Source: Gammaproteobacteria bacterium (GTDB taxonomy: Bacteria > Pseudomonadota > Gammaproteobacteria > Eutrophobiales > Eutrophobiaceae). From it: 64,000 nt of DNA. Each line of letters starts with the position of its first letter. Within the stretch, counting starts at the first letter, position 1. Below the pieces are notes generated by a model. The model was not told where the DNA came from. It worked only from the letters and a program-made list of their open reading frames with translations, and did no database searches. The DNA is taken from the NCBI GenBank assembly GCA_965116495.1, contig OZ220696.1, positions 2,784,001 through 2,848,000 of the forward strand. The letters are read 5' to 3'. Positions 8,765 through 21,307 of this stretch are shown here, piece by piece. A program made the position numbers and the translations under genes.

Positions 8765-11275
8765 TCACCCATGCATTACAATATCAGGTAAATCGCCGCC
8801 CAGTCCCGTAGCCCGGCGCATAGTGAAATTCTTCAATGCCTGAAAAGAATTATACAGGCCCATCCCGGCATTCCTTAACGGGGGAACGGGTAAGGTCTGG
8901 TTTTCAAACAGGTATTTTAAACTCTCCAGGGCCATCATGACCATAAAATTTTCGCCTTTGCGCCATCTTTCATACTTTCTCAGCACTGCCGTGCTGCCCG
9001 GGTCGCGTCCCCTGGTCCCGGCTTCGCTGATCACCTGGAACAGACTGGCCGCATCGAGCAGTCCCAGGTTGGCGCCCAGCCCGGCCAGGGGATGTACACA
9101 ATGGGCCGCATCGCCGACCAGGGCAATCCTGTCGCGGCAATAACGGCGCGCCTGTGCCCTTTGCAGCGGGAAACTGTGCCTGACGCCGGTATCCGGTATG
9201 GCGCCCAGTGTGTGCTCGAACGCGTCCGCCAATGCCTGTTGAAATACCGCCTTATCCATGGCAAGCAACTCGGCTGCCTGTGCGGGAGTCGTCGACCAGA
9301 CCACTCCGCAGCGGTGCGGGTCGGCCAGGGGCAGGAAGGCCAGGGGACCGTCCGTCAGAAACCGCTGGCGGGCGATTTGTCCGTGACCCACTGCCGTGCG
9401 GACTATACTCGCCACGGCCGTTTGCCCGTACTGACGCACCGCATAATTTATCCCAGCAAGCTGTCTGACCTTCGATCCGGTCCCGTCGGCGGCAACCAGT
9501 AATTTTGCCGACAACTCCCGCCCGTCGCTCAACTGCACCCTGATCGCCCTGTGATCGTCACTGAGAGCGACCGGTTCAGCGCCCGCGCACAGCGCAACAC
9601 CGGACAGCCCCGTACGGACTGATTCCAGCGCACTCACCAATGTATTCTGCCTGACTGTATAGGCCAGGGTTGCCTGTTCGATATCGGCGCTGTCGAAGCA
9701 GAGGTTGCCGGTGCCGTTCTCATCCCAGACGTGCATGCGTTTGAACAGCCCGGGCTCCTCTGCAAGCTGCTGCCAGGCCCGGACCACAGACAGGATTTTG
9801 CGGGACGCCGGGGTCAATGCCAGAACCCGGGTATCTTCGGCCGTTTTCTCTGTTGCGGTCACGGGGTTCCGCTCAACCAGAATGCATTCAATTCCGTTGG
9901 ATGCCGCCAATAACGCCATACTGCCACCGACTACGCCGCCGCCGACTATCAGGAGTTCCGTATCCGCAGGCCTGGAGGCAGAAGAGCCATACCTGGCCGA
10001 TGAGGACTTTCGCCGTCCCGGGACAGAAGTGAGTTCTGTCCCCTGGTGAAAGTCCGTCCCGTGCACTCCACCCCGCATTGTCCACACACTGCTCCTTGCC
10101 ACACCTAGTCCTGTCGCCTGCCTGATAAATTCTTTTTTCAGGGTTGGTATTGCATCGAGTATCCACATCGCACTGTTGCGCAGTGCGGATTTCAGCGGTG
10201 CCGTATCGTTGAACGCCCGTTGCAGCGAATCGGAAAAGCGTATTACCCGGCGCTGGTCTGCCTTCCTTGATAATCCGTATGCATTCAGGACCTCACCGGC
10301 TCCCACGTCAGCGCCATTCTGCAAGACCGTGCCGAGATGTGCGGCCAGCGCCGCCACGTCCCGCAATACCAGGTTGAACCCCTGGGCGCCATTGGGGTGG
10401 ATAGTATGCGCGGCATTGCCCAGCAGCACGGTCCGGTCATGCGTCTGTTGTTCCGGCCGGAGTAGAAACAAGGGGTAGGATTTTCTCGCGCCCGGGCGGG
10501 ATAACCTCCCGAGACGCTTACCGAATGCCTGTTGCAGATGGTTGAGATATTCCTCGTCGTCCAGCCGCACATAACTGTCCGCCTGTTCTGCCGGCATGAC
10601 CATCACCGTGACGCAACGGCCGCGCTTCAGCGGCAATAAGGCAATCAGGCCGTCAGGGGTAAATCTTTCATACGCCGTATTACGGTGCTCCCGGGCTATA
10701 GAGACGTTGCTGACGATGGCCGTTTGGCTGTAATCATGGATGCTTGTCCTTATCCCGGCCAGTTCCCTGGTGTTTGAAAAAGTCCCGTCTGCAATCACGA
10801 GAAGTTTGCACTTGAGCGCCGTATCCTTCCCGGCCTGCCTGATATGTACGGTCACTGAACCCGTGCCACGCTCTATTCCGGCAGCCGTTGCCGGGCAGAA
10901 GGTATCGATATTATCGTGGCCGGCAGCTTCTTCAAACAGTGTTCGCCCCAGTTCCTGTGCGGGTACCACAAACCCTAATGCATCGAGATCAAGCATATCG
11001 GCAGACATCCTGACAGCGCCGTAGCGGCCCTGCGTACTGACATGTATCCGCTCAACAGGACAGGCGGACTGCTCCAGTTTCGACCACAACCCTGTCCCGT
11101 CCAATAATTTCCGGGAAGAAAGTGATAATGCGATGCCTCTGGCGTCATCGCCATGCGGGTTATCGCCCTGCGCCTGTCTCTCTTCGACCAGGGCAATGCT
11201 GACCGGCTCGAGGGCCAGGGCACTGGCAAGAGCGGAGCCTGCCAGGCCGCCGCCAATAACTACGATGTCATACAT
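8765..11275 (-). CDS. fused pair of UbiH/UbiF/VisC-family FAD monooxygenases (UbiH-like N-half, UbiI/VisC-like C-half)
   Basis: Two GxGxxG Rossmann starts (VIGGGLAG and IVGGGVVG), two ADG motifs, and both [17 protein letters not shown] and [18 protein letters not shown]. It lies downstream of pepP, where ubiH-ubiI normally sit. Confidence 0.88.
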   Translation of the reverse strand: MYDIVVIGGGLAGSALASALALEPVSIALVEERQAQGDNPHGDDARGIALSLSSRKLLDGTGLWSKLEQSACPVERIHVSTQGRYGAVRMSADMLDLDALGFVVPAQELGRTLFEEAAGHDNIDTFCPATAAGIERGTGSVTVHIRQAGKDTALKCKLLVIADGTFSNTRELAGIRTSIHDYSQTAIVSNVSIAREHRNTAYERFTPDGLIALLPLKRGRCVTVMVMPAEQADSYVRLDDEEYLNHLQQAFGKRLGRLSRPGARKSYPLFLLRPEQQTHDRTVLLGNAAHTIHPNGAQGFNLVLRDVAALAAHLGTVLQNGADVGAGEVLNAYGLSRKADQRRVIRFSDSLQRAFNDTAPLKSALRNSAMWILDAIPTLKKEFIRQATGLGVARSSVWTMRGGVHGTDFHQGTELTSVPGRRKSSSARYGSSASRPADTELLIVGGGVVGGSMALLAASNGIECILVERNPVTATEKTAEDTRVLALTPASRKILSVVRAWQQLAEEPGLFKRMHVWDENGTGNLCFDSADIEQATLAYTVRQNTLVSALESVRTGLSGVALCAGAEPVALSDDHRAIRVQLSDGRELSAKLLVAADGTGSKVRQLAGINYAVRQYGQTAVASIVRTAVGHGQIARQRFLTDGPLAFLPLADPHRCGVVWSTTPAQAAELLAMDKAVFQQALADAFEHTLGAIPDTGVRHSFPLQRAQARRYCRDRIALVGDAAHCVHPLAGLGANLGLLDAASLFQVISEAGTRGRDPGSTAVLRKYERWRKGENFMVMMALESLKYLFENQTLPVPPLRNAGMGLYNSFQALKNFTMRRATGLGGDLPDIVMHG

Positions 11276-11299
11276 CGCGCAGGGCTAAGGGGAATCACT

Positions 11300-12610
11300 T
11301 TAACCATTCAGCGTCATCAGCGCCTCAATCTCAGCAATGCTCTTGGGCGCCTCCCTGCTCAGTACTTCATGGCCGGATTTCGTTACCAGTACATCATCTT
11401 CAATGCGGACGCCTATGTTCCACCATTTCCGGCCAAGACCCTTTTGCGGAGGAAAATACAGTCCCGGCTCAATGGTCATGGTCATGCCGGGTTCCAGCAT
11501 GCGCCACTCCTCGCCCACCTTATATTCACCGACGTCGTGTACGTCCATACCCAGCCAGTGCCCGGTCTTGTGCATGAAGTAGCGGCTGTAGGCCTTCTCC
11601 TTTATCAAAGTCTGCAGTTTTCCCTTGAGAATTCCCAACGCAACCAGGCCTTCGGTCAGCACCTCAACTGCTGCATCGTGGGGCTGGGCCCAGTGATTTC
11701 CCGGTCTCACTGCATCGATTGCAGCAAGCTGTGCGGCCAGCACCAGCTCATAGACCGATCGCTGCGGGCTGTTGAACTCACCATTTACCGGGAACGTACG
11801 GGTTACGTCGCTCGCGTAACATTCGTATTCAGCCCCCGCGTCAATCAATAATATGTCGCCGTCCTTGAGTTCCCGGGTATTATCGATGTAATGCAGAACG
11901 CAACTGTTTGCACCGCTGCCGACTATGGAAGGATAGGCTGCGCTGTGTGCCCCCTGGCGCATGAACTCGTGCATCAGTTCAGCCTCAATCTGATATTCCA
12001 TCATCCCCGGACGGCATGACTTCATGGCGCGTATGTGGGCATTGGCCGAAATTGCAGCTGCCTTGCGTAACAGGCTGATTTCACGGCGGCTTTTATACAG
12101 CCGCATGTCATGCAGGATATGGTTCATGGAAACGAATTGCTCCGGCGCGTGGACACCGCTGCGCGCCTTGCCGCGCACCTGGTTGACCCAGCTGAGCACA
12201 CGTTGATCGAACACGGCATTGTTGCCCATGGTGTAATAAATCCGCGCGCGGTTCTCCAGTAATCCGGGTAGAATATCGTCCATGTCGGTAATCGGGTAGG
12301 CGTCATCCGCGCCGTAATTATTGCAGGCGCCTTCCAGCCCCGCCCTGGCGCCGTGCCAGATTTCCTGTTCCGCGTTACGTTCACGACAGAACAGGATAAA
12401 TTCACCCTGTCCCCGGCCTGGGATGAGTGCCATAACGGCTTCCGGTTCGGCAAACCCCGTCAAATAAAAAAAATCACTATCGGGACGATAGCGATATTGC
12501 ACGTCCCTGTTGCGTGTTTTCTCGGGCGCGGTGGGCAGGATCGCAATGCTGTCATCCCCGAGCATATCCATGAGTTTCTTGCGGCGCTTTTGAAATTCGC
12601 TGTGTTTCAT
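11300..12610 (-). CDS. pepP: Xaa-Pro aminopeptidase
   Basis: [48 protein letters not shown] and GVRIEDD. Confidence 0.96.
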   Translation of the reverse strand: MKHSEFQKRRKKLMDMLGDDSIAILPTAPEKTRNRDVQYRYRPDSDFFYLTGFAEPEAVMALIPGRGQGEFILFCRERNAEQEIWHGARAGLEGACNNYGADDAYPITDMDDILPGLLENRARIYYTMGNNAVFDQRVLSWVNQVRGKARSGVHAPEQFVSMNHILHDMRLYKSRREISLLRKAAAISANAHIRAMKSCRPGMMEYQIEAELMHEFMRQGAHSAAYPSIVGSGANSCVLHYIDNTRELKDGDILLIDAGAEYECYASDVTRTFPVNGEFNSPQRSVYELVLAAQLAAIDAVRPGNHWAQPHDAAVEVLTEGLVALGILKGKLQTLIKEKAYSRYFMHKTGHWLGMDVHDVGEYKVGEEWRMLEPGMTMTIEPGLYFPPQKGLGRKWWNIGVRIEDDVLVTKSGHEVLSREAPKSIAEIEALMTLNG

Positions 12611-12806
12611 CTAACAGGTTTTGACTTTTTTCAAGACTACCTACGGTACCGTGATAGATTGCCAAAAGCAATGGCGATAACATGGTCCGGCAAGCAAACT
12701 TTCAGTTGCTGCCGGTGCACTGGCCTTGACCGCATTTCAACCGCGTTCTATATTGGTAGGTAAACGCCTTCGTTTTATGGGGAAAACCAGCCGCTTAAAT
12801 AAACAT

Positions 12807-13031
12807 ATGTCAGAGAAAAAACCAGAAAATGTAGATTTGGGGGTGCTCGAGGCCAGGGTTGACGATCTTATCCGAGCTGTTGATGCACTGAAAAACGAGA
12901 ATTCCGCTTTACGACACCAGCAAAAAAACCTGATCAGTGAACGGGCCGTACTCATTGAAAAAACAGAGCAGGCAAGATTTCGCATTGAATCCATGATTGC
13001 CCGGCTCAGGGCTATGGAAACGCGTACATGA
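12807..13031 (+). CDS. TIGR02449-like coiled-coil protein upstream of zapA
   Basis: LEARVDDLI...LKNENSALR...ERAVLIEKTEQARFRIESMIARL, in the conserved position before zapA. Confidence 0.82.
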   Translation: MSEKKPENVDLGVLEARVDDLIRAVDALKNENSALRHQQKNLISERAVLIEKTEQARFRIESMIARLRAMETRT

Positions 13032-13327
13032 CACGAACCAAGACGGTTCCGGTATCGATTCTTGACAAGGAATACCTGATATCCTGTCCTGAAGATGAGC
13101 GCGAGCAATTACATGCCGTGGTGGAATTTGTCAACGAAAAACTGCATGAGGTTAAAAACAGCGGCAACGTTATCGGCACGGAACGTATAGTGGTCATGGC
13201 CACCCTGAATATTGCCAATGAACTGCTTGCATACAAACAGAGAAATAAGGACTATACTGAATCCGTAGGCTCCGTGGTAGAACGCCTTCAAACTAAAATT
13301 GACGGCATACTGAGCGGGGATGAATAA
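13028..13327 (+). CDS. zapA: cell division protein ZapA
   Basis: VSILDKEYLISCP...ERIVVMATLNIANELL. It precedes the 6S RNA. Confidence 0.9.
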   Translation: MTRTKTVPVSILDKEYLISCPEDEREQLHAVVEFVNEKLHEVKNSGNVIGTERIVVMATLNIANELLAYKQRNKDYTESVGSVVERLQTKIDGILSGDE

Positions 13328-13422
13328 ATCGTGAGTCAGGCCAACCGCATATTTTTATGGAAACACGGCCGCAAAAGTTTACGGTTGTCCTGATGGAGGC
13401 TGTACCACGGATGACCGGTTTT

Positions 13423-13609
13423 GGGTATCTTCTGTCGTGCTCGTGAGCGGGCCGACAGAAACTTGAGCTTATTTCCTGTTATGAAGGGAGCTGACCGCGC
13501 TATTGTGTGCAAGCCCACTTGAGGTGGGAAGCCTGATATATCGCCTGCTGTTCCCACTTGAACCACCGGTTCAAGTTTAACGCCTGTAACGGCACGACGG
13601 TTGATACCC
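13423..13609 (+). ncRNA. ssrS: 6S RNA
   Basis: About 187 nt downstream of zapA. The ends pair (GGGTATC..CTGTCGTGC with GCACGACGG..GATACCC). It has a central CCCAC-TTGAG-GTGGG hairpin and the conserved TTGAACC..GGTTCAAG segment. Confidence 0.85.
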
Positions 13610-13622
13610 GCCAATAACGGAT

Positions 13623-13779
13623 AAGGGGGCGGATTTAAAATCTGTCCCTTTTTCCGCACTTCGTCATGCCGGGCCCTGCCTCAAGGCCAGGGCAGGTCTG
13701 ACCCGGCATCCAGTAGGATATTGTGTCGCCTGAAAGGCGACTCTTTGTTTCGCTGTATTCCCGCCTTCGCGGGAATGAC
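13623..13779. repeat. composite palindrome cluster between ssrS and ilvA
   Basis: Family B at 13623-13650, family A at 13663-13713 with an insert at 13675-13696, a GTCGCC-TGAAA-GGCGAC hairpin, and an inverted family A copy at 13753-13779. Confidence 0.75.
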
Positions 13780-13809
13780 GGTTGGGTTGCGGCAGTCCCC
13801 TTTAACGTA

Positions 13810-15330
13810 TCAATTCAGAAAGATCCTGTAGGCAGGATTGTTCGTCTCTTCCGAATACTCAATCCCGAGGCCGTCCAGGAATTCCTGGAATTCGCCGATC
13901 TGGTCCTGCGGCACCTGTATGCCCATCAGCACCCGCCCGTAAGCAGCGCCGTGATTACGGTAGTGGAACAGGCTGATGTTCCAGCGCGAGCTCATCTGCG
14001 TAAGAAAATGCAGCAGTGCCCCGGAACGCTCCGGGAATTCAAACCTGTACAGCAGTTCATCGGTAACCCCGGTCGCATGGCCACCTACCATGTAACGGAT
14101 ATGCATCTTCGCCACTTCGTCATTGCTCAGGTCGATGACCTGGTAGCCCTTGTCCCGTAAATTTGCCAGTAGCTGGTTCTTCTCCCGCACGCCGTGGCGC
14201 AATTGCACGCCCACGAAGATATGCGCCTCTTCGGTATCGCAGTACCGATAGTTGAATTCGGTGATCTGGCGCGGGCCCAGGTCGTGGCACAGGGTGCGAA
14301 AACTGCCGGGGCGTTCGGAAATCGTGGTGCAAATCAACGCCTCCCGCCGTTCACCCAACGCGGACAGTTCGGCGATATGGCGCAGGCGGTCAAAGTTCAC
14401 GTTGGCGCCGCTGAGAATGGCGACCAGGCGCCTGTCCTTCAGGTTTTCCCGCTGGACATATTTTTTCAACCCGGTCAGGGCCAGTGCCCCTGCCGGCTCC
14501 GGGATGGAGCGGGTATCCTCGAATATATCCTTGACTGCCGCGCAGATCTCATCGACGTTCACAGGCAGGACCTCATCGACCAGCTCCCGGCAGATGCGGA
14601 ATGTTTCCTCACCCGCCTGCTTCACTGCGGCGCCGTCGGCGAAGATGTCCACGTGGTCCAGGGTGACCCTGTCACCGGCTTCCATCGCCCGGTACATGCT
14701 GGCCGCCCCGTCATGCTCCACACCGATAACTTTTATCCCCGGGCTGGTCGCTTTCACGTGCAGCGCGATGCCGGCTATCAATCCGCCGCCGCCGACCGGG
14801 ACGAAGATACAGTCCGGCTGCTTATCACACTGCTCCAGCAGTTCCACGCCCACGGTAGCCTGCCCGGCGATGACCAGCGGGTGGTCGTAGGGCGGGATGA
14901 AGGTCCTGCCCTCCCTGGCGGCCAGTTCTTCTGCGTGCAACCGGGCCTCGTCATAGGTATTGCCGTGCAGGACCACCCTGGCGTCGAGACGCCTTACTGC
15001 GCTTACCTTGATCTCCGGCGCGGTCTTCGGCATCACAATGATTGCGCCGATATTCATTTTGCCGGCGGCCAGGGCAACACCCTGGGCGTGGTTCCCGGCG
15101 GAAGCCGCGATGACTCCGCTGCGTTTCTGCTCGTCGCTCAGCGTGGCAATCAGGTTATAGGCGCCGCGCAATTTATAGGAAAACACCGACTGCTGGTCTT
15201 CCCGCTTCAGCCAGATATGGTTGTCCAGCGCCCGGGAAGCCTGGTCGGCGTAATCCAGGGAGGAACGCCGGGCGACGGCGTAAACCCTGGTCGCTGCCGC
15301 GCTGATTAACGGTTGGTATTCTGCAAACAT
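13810..15330 (-). CDS. ilvA: threonine ammonia-lyase, biosynthetic
   Basis: [45 protein letters not shown] and two C-terminal regulatory repeats. Confidence 0.96.
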   Translation of the reverse strand: MFAEYQPLISAAATRVYAVARRSSLDYADQASRALDNHIWLKREDQQSVFSYKLRGAYNLIATLSDEQKRSGVIAASAGNHAQGVALAAGKMNIGAIIVMPKTAPEIKVSAVRRLDARVVLHGNTYDEARLHAEELAAREGRTFIPPYDHPLVIAGQATVGVELLEQCDKQPDCIFVPVGGGGLIAGIALHVKATSPGIKVIGVEHDGAASMYRAMEAGDRVTLDHVDIFADGAAVKQAGEETFRICRELVDEVLPVNVDEICAAVKDIFEDTRSIPEPAGALALTGLKKYVQRENLKDRRLVAILSGANVNFDRLRHIAELSALGERREALICTTISERPGSFRTLCHDLGPRQITEFNYRYCDTEEAHIFVGVQLRHGVREKNQLLANLRDKGYQVIDLSNDEVAKMHIRYMVGGHATGVTDELLYRFEFPERSGALLHFLTQMSSRWNISLFHYRNHGAAYGRVLMGIQVPQDQIGEFQEFLDGLGIEYSEETNNPAYRIFLN

Positions 15331-15441
15331 GTGTATAAGATAACATCACGCTGGATTTCCGCCAAAGCCTGCCCCTGTATGCTAATGGTAAGGCTCACGG
15401 AAGCCGGCAATGCGCGATTTGCCAACGGGACATTCCTCCAG

Positions 15442-16095
15442 ATGAGCCAGGAAAAAAAACAACGGGTCGCCAGCGCCGCGATCGAATACATAGAAGATGA
15501 CATGGTCGTGGGTGTCGGCACCGGCAGCACGGTCAACTGCTTTATCGATGAACTGGCGCGAATCGGTCACCGTATCGACGGCGCCGTAGCCAGTTCGGTC
15601 GCGACCGAAACCCGGTTAAGGCAACACAATATCCCAATAATCGACCTGAACGGCGTACGCGAACTCTCGGTTTACGTGGACGGCGCCGACGAAGCCACGC
15701 GGCACCTGCAGCTGATCAAGGGAGGAGGAGGCGCCCTGACCCGGGAGAAGATCACCGCTGCCGTCAGCGACCGCTTTATCTGCATCGTCGACGATACGAA
15801 GGTGGTGGACGTCCTCGGCGCCTTCCCGTTACCAGTAGAAGTCATTCCCATGGCCCGCAGCTACGTGGCCCGGGAAATCGTGAAACTGGGCGGCCAGCCG
15901 GTGCTGAGAGAGGACTTCGCCACGGACAACGGCAACGTCATCCTGGACGTCCACAACCTTTCCATCCTGAACCCGGCAGAACTGGAGCAGCAACTCAACC
16001 AGGTAGTGGGCGTGGTCACCAACGGCCTGTTTGCCAGGCGCCGCGCCGACCTGTTACTGGTTGCCGATGATCAGCAGGTTAAGACAATTGCATGA
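15442..16095 (+). CDS. rpiA: ribose-5-phosphate isomerase A
   Basis: GVGTGST, YVDGADE and [12 protein letters not shown]. Start placed at ATG 15442, divergent from ilvA. Confidence 0.96.
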   Translation: MSQEKKQRVASAAIEYIEDDMVVGVGTGSTVNCFIDELARIGHRIDGAVASSVATETRLRQHNIPIIDLNGVRELSVYVDGADEATRHLQLIKGGGGALTREKITAAVSDRFICIVDDTKVVDVLGAFPLPVEVIPMARSYVAREIVKLGGQPVLREDFATDNGNVILDVHNLSILNPAELEQQLNQVVGVVTNGLFARRRADLLLVADDQQVKTIA

Positions 16096-16529
16096 TCGGA
16101 CTCATACAGCGCGTCACCGAAGCAAGGGTGGAGGTCGATAACAGGACCGTAGCACAAATCGACCGAGGTATCCTGGCGCTCATCGGTGTAGAAAAACAGG
16201 ACAAGTCCGCAACGGCCCGGCGGCTGGCCCAAAGGATAATCCAGTACCGAATATTCCCTGACGCCGACGGGAAAATGAACCTGAGCCTGCATGACACGGA
16301 CGGCGAACTGTTATTGGTTCCTCAGTTCACCCTGCCGGCCGACACCCGCAAAGGCAACCGCCCCAGTTTCAGCTCAGCCGCGCCGCCCGAGACGGGCGAA
16401 CGCCTGTTCCTGGAACTTGCAGGCTTCGCCAGGGAGGCTCACGGGCAGGTGCAAACCGGCGTGTTCGGCACAAACATGCAGGTTTCGCTTAGCAACGACG
16501 GACCCGTGACGTTCTGGTTGCAGGTTTGA
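16092..16529 (+). CDS. dtd: D-aminoacyl-tRNA deacylase
   Basis: [25 protein letters not shown] and NDGPVT. Confidence 0.95.
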   Translation: MIGLIQRVTEARVEVDNRTVAQIDRGILALIGVEKQDKSATARRLAQRIIQYRIFPDADGKMNLSLHDTDGELLLVPQFTLPADTRKGNRPSFSSAAPPETGERLFLELAGFAREAHGQVQTGVFGTNMQVSLSNDGPVTFWLQV

Positions 16530-16532
16530 CGG

Positions 16533-17399
16533 ATGAAGATTACAAAATCGTTCCTGTTGCCTGTACTGTTTGTTGCCTATTGTATTTCCCAACCCCTGTC
16601 AGCGGCAGAACTTGTCAGCATTGAAAACGTCACGCTCATCGACGCCGACCCGAACGACGGCGATAGTTTCAAGGTCAATGCCGGTGGCCGCGAACTGCAC
16701 CTGCGCCTGTACTATGTCGATTGCCCTGAAACCACTTACAACAGCAAGCCCGTACTGGAAAGAATCCGTGAGCAACAACGCCATTTCGGCCTCGAAGATC
16801 CCCATGACGTGGTACGTTACGGCGGACTGGCTGACGAATACGTCAGGCAGGCACTGTCACAGCCCTTCACGATTCACACCAGCTATGCCCAGGCGCCGGG
16901 ACGGTCTGCGCTGGTCCGCTATTACGCCTTCGTGCAAACCCATGACGGTCATGATCTGGCCCATCTACTCATCGAGCAGGGCCTGGCCAGGATACACGGC
17001 AAAACCCGTCCTGGTCCCGATGGGACACCAAGCCAAACCGTACTCGAAGAACTCCAGGACCTGCGCACCATCGCCCTGCTGAACCGCGCCGGTATATGGC
17101 AGTCATCACAACCCGACATCCTGGCCGAAATGCGTGAACGCCAGCGGGAAGAGGCCGAGGAACTGAAAACATTCCGCCAAAAGGTGGCGAAGATGCGTAC
17201 CCGTGATGACCAGCCTCTCAACCTGAACAGCGCCTCGAAGGAGGAACTTGAGCAAATCCCCGGAATCGGACCGGTTACGGCAATCAAGATTAGCGATGGG
17301 AGGCCGTATGAGTCAGTTGATGATTTGTTGAGAATTCCCGGAATCGGGCCGAAAACGGTGGAGGCTATAAGGCCTTATGTTACGGTGGGCATTAAGTAA
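16533..17399 (+). CDS. secreted thermonuclease (SNase)-like domain plus C-terminal ComEA-type helix-hairpin-helix domain
   Basis: Signal-like N-terminus, NDGDSF..LRLYYVDCPE and LIEQGLAR, then LNLNSASKEELEQIPGIGP...LLRIPGIGPKT. Confidence 0.8.
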   Translation: MKITKSFLLPVLFVAYCISQPLSAAELVSIENVTLIDADPNDGDSFKVNAGGRELHLRLYYVDCPETTYNSKPVLERIREQQRHFGLEDPHDVVRYGGLADEYVRQALSQPFTIHTSYAQAPGRSALVRYYAFVQTHDGHDLAHLLIEQGLARIHGKTRPGPDGTPSQTVLEELQDLRTIALLNRAGIWQSSQPDILAEMRERQREEAEELKTFRQKVAKMRTRDDQPLNLNSASKEELEQIPGIGPVTAIKISDGRPYESVDDLLRIPGIGPKTVEAIRPYVTVGIK

Positions 17400-17426
17400 T
17401 TCTTAACCGTACGACCTGACCCCTTA

Positions 17427-17612
17427 CTATGACAGATGGGGCTCTATATCAAGCGGTCGAAGCTGCCTTGGTGCAATCTCTTGAAGGGTCATGGCGGCCT
17501 GGTGCGAAGAGCCATGAAAAGTGGCGGCTCGCAACAGGGAGATGCAATAATCGAGCCCCGAATATTTCATCAGAGGGTCAATCCAGCGTACCGGATCCGG
17601 CGCCCCGCTCAC
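17427..17612 (-). pseudogene. internal fragment of an AbiEi-type (type IV toxin-antitoxin) antitoxin
   Basis: GAPDPVRWIDPLM..Y.ISLLRAATFHGSSHQA resembles the AbiEi core. It lacks both termini and has no AbiEii partner. Confidence 0.55.
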
Positions 17613-17670
17613 AGCGGACAGACAGGCCTGGATGTGGTAAATTCTTCAAAGATATACCGCGCGCGGATAG

Positions 17671-18645
17671 TTAGGGAGACCCGGCCCCCTCCTTCGCAGC
17701 CCGTTGGCTCCATTCTATCCAGGAGCCGTCGTACAGGTGCAATCTTTCAACGGGGAAGCCCATCAGGTAGAGCGCGAACAACGGCGTGGCGGCGCGCACG
17801 CCGGAGTGGCAATAGAAGATGTGATCGTGTTCGCGTTCAAAGCCCGACTGTGTCAGCAGTGCGTCGATCTCGGCGGCGGTCCGGAACTCCGACATGCGGC
17901 CTTCGGATACCTTGCGGAAATCTTTCCAGCCGATGTATTGAGCCCAGCCGATGCGCCCTGCCGGCAGGCCGCCGATACGCGCCGACCCGTCCCATTCCGC
18001 CATCTCGCGCGCGTCCCAGACATGGGTCCCCGCGTCCGAGCGACCCTGGTGGACGTCGGCCATAGCGGCCGTCCAGGCGGCGAGGGCGGGCGCAGCGACG
18101 AAATTCCCGGTTCTTCCGGCTGAACGTCCGGGACCGCGCTCAATGGCGTAGCCTGCGTCCTTCTAGGCATCCAAGCCGCCGTCCAGCACCCGGACATCGT
18201 GTTTTCCGTAAAGGCGGAAGATCCACCAGAGGCGCGCGGCGTCGTAGGCTTCATCATAGACTACGATAGTAGAATCGTTGTCGATACCGAGTCCGCGCGC
18301 AAATTCCTGCAAGCGTTCACGGTCCACCGCAATGCCGGCCTTGCCGGTGTAGGCCTTGCGCGGGGCATGGAGGGCGCCGGGAATATGCTCAAGCAGCCAG
18401 GAGACCTGCTTTACCGCAGCCAGCACTACCGGTTTCGGGCCGTGTCCGTCCAGCATCGATTGAACTTCTGCCGCGGTAACCAGGGCATGCCCGCGCGGGA
18501 AGCCCTTGTATTGCTCGGCCTGCAATGGGCCACCCAGGAGCAGGAGAACGAGTGGCAGTAGAATGGTGCGGTACAATGTGATACCTCGCCCGTGCACCGG
18601 GAGACGGTTGTGAAATACCCTGACTCTTGTCGATTGCATTGCCAT
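17671..18645 (-). pseudogene. two-domain rhodanese/sulfurtransferase interrupted by one in-frame TAG (18165-18163)
   Basis: ORFs 18163-18645 and 17671-18063 share a frame and read VLDGGLDA*KDAGY..., followed by GRIGWA, YCHSGVRAA and LYDGSWIEWS. The true start is probably downstream of 18645. Confidence 0.8.
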
Positions 18646-18663
18646 TTCTGATTTTCCGGTACG

Positions 18664-19680
<1,017 letters not shown>

Positions 19681-19838
19681 CTATCAGCATCTCCTCTGAA
19701 AACAGCCGGTAGCTCGCGGCCGGCTTGCATATTCGACACCGGCATTCCGGCCTCTGTCCTCTGCCCCCTGTTTCCTGTATTCTACGCACTGTTTTATCTA
19801 TTATGGGAAACCCGTTAGCAACTTACCGGTATATAGAT

Positions 19839-20435
19839 ATGGGGAACGAAAGACAGGCCTCACTGCAAAGGTCAACAAAAGAAACGGACATAGCCGTAGG
19901 GTTGAACCTGGACGGAATGGGCGAATCCGATTTGCACATTGGCGTCCCCTTTCTCGAACACATGCTCGACCAGGTTGCCCGGCACGGTATGTTCGACCTG
20001 GACATCAAGGCGGTCGGCGATCTTGAAATTGACGCACACCATACCGTTGAGGATGTCGGCATCACCCTGGGGCAGGCCTTCAGGCAGGCGCTGGGGGACA
20101 AACGCGGGATACGCCGCTACGGATACGCGTATGTACCCCTGGATGAGGCCTTGTCGCGAGTAGTACTGGATTTCTCCGGCAGGCCTGGGCTGGAATACCG
20201 CGTCGACTATCCCCGGGCCAGGGTGGGTGAATTTGACGTAGACCTGCTGCGCGAGTTTTTCCAGGGTTTTGTCAACCATGCCATGGTCACCCTGCATATT
20301 GATAATATCCGTGGCAGGAACTCACACCACATCGCCGAAACGATCTTCAAGGCATTCGGCCGCGCCTTGCGTACTGCCGTGGAACTGGATCCGCGCATGG
20401 AGGGCATCCTGCCGTCAACGAAAGGCAGCTTATAA
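19839..20435 (+). CDS. hisB: imidazoleglycerol-phosphate dehydratase
   Basis: [32 protein letters not shown] and PSTKGSL. Confidence 0.96.
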   Translation: MGNERQASLQRSTKETDIAVGLNLDGMGESDLHIGVPFLEHMLDQVARHGMFDLDIKAVGDLEIDAHHTVEDVGITLGQAFRQALGDKRGIRRYGYAYVPLDEALSRVVLDFSGRPGLEYRVDYPRARVGEFDVDLLREFFQGFVNHAMVTLHIDNIRGRNSHHIAETIFKAFGRALRTAVELDPRMEGILPSTKGSL

Positions 20436-20441
20436 CCCGCC

Positions 20442-20541
20442 CGTGAACGGGGTCAGGTCGCACATTGCACATGCAGAGGTTAGGCACGGCTTCACACTCA
20501 TTGTCTTTGCATGTGCAATGTGCGACCTGACCCCGTTCACG
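20442..20541. repeat. 100-bp element with perfect 34-bp inverted repeats (MITE/REPIN-like)
   Basis: 20442-20475 is the exact reverse complement of 20508-20541, with a 32-nt spacer. Confidence 0.85.
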
Positions 20542-20560
20542 CGGCTACAAACCTTGAGAT

Positions 20561-21208
20561 ATGCGGCTTAAAACCATCGCCATCCTGGACTACGGTTCCG
20601 GCAATCTGCGCTCTGTAGCAAAAGCCCTGGAGTACGTTGCGGGTAACGATTACAACGTGCGGGTCAGCAGCGACCGCGCTACTATACTGGCTGCTGAACG
20701 TATCGTATTCCCGGGGCAGGGCGCCATAGGCCAATGCATGCAGACCCTGATCGGAAAAGGCTTTCCGGAACTGCTCAGGGAGTGTATCTTCAGTAAACCC
20801 TTTCTGGGCATCTGCCTGGGCCTGCAGACCCTGATGGACTACAGCGAAGAAGATGATGGTACTGAAGGTCTGGCGGTGCTACCCGGAAAAGTGTGCCGGT
20901 TTCCGGCGGCTGTCCGGGACGACAACGGTAACCTGTACAAGATCCCGCATATGGGCTGGAACAAGGTAAGACAGGCAACGGCCCATCCCCTGTGGAAAAA
21001 CATCAGGGACGACGAGCGGTTTTATTTTGTTCACAGTTATTATGTGCAGCCGGACCGCGCCTCCGACTCTGCCGGGACTACGGATTATGTCGTAAATTTC
21101 ACAGCCGCCGCAGCACGGGACAATTTATTCGCAACCCAGTTTCACCCGGAAAAAAGCCAGCGGGCCGGACTCACCCTGCTGAAAAATTTTCTGGCGTGGC
21201 AACCGTAA
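20561..21208 (+). CDS. hisH: imidazole glycerol phosphate synthase, glutaminase subunit
   Basis: DYGSGNLRSV, FPGQG, LGICLGLQ, PHMGWN, YFVHSY and QFHPEKS. Confidence 0.96.
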   Translation: MRLKTIAILDYGSGNLRSVAKALEYVAGNDYNVRVSSDRATILAAERIVFPGQGAIGQCMQTLIGKGFPELLRECIFSKPFLGICLGLQTLMDYSEEDDGTEGLAVLPGKVCRFPAAVRDDNGNLYKIPHMGWNKVRQATAHPLWKNIRDDERFYFVHSYYVQPDRASDSAGTTDYVVNFTAAAARDNLFATQFHPEKSQRAGLTLLKNFLAWQP

Positions 21209-21273
21209 CGCACATATACAACTTCCAGCGAAGTGCGCCGGTAAGTGGGGGTAGGTGGGGGAAATAAAACCCA

Positions 21274-21294
21274 GGGGCAGATTTAAGCTGCCCC
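21274..21294. terminator. hairpin between convergent hisH and HU-like genes (resembles family B repeat)
   Basis: GGGGCAG-ATTTAAG-CTGCCCC, flanked by A-rich and T-rich tracts. Confidence 0.5.
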
Positions 21295-21307
21295 CGGCTT
21301 CTGTTTT

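Noticed and set aside
18163-18165. Selenocysteine or pyrrolysine recoding of the sulfurtransferase stop
   Set aside because: The codon is TAG rather than TGA and falls at a conserved Trp rather than the active site. No pyl genes are in view, and other genes here end normally in TAG.
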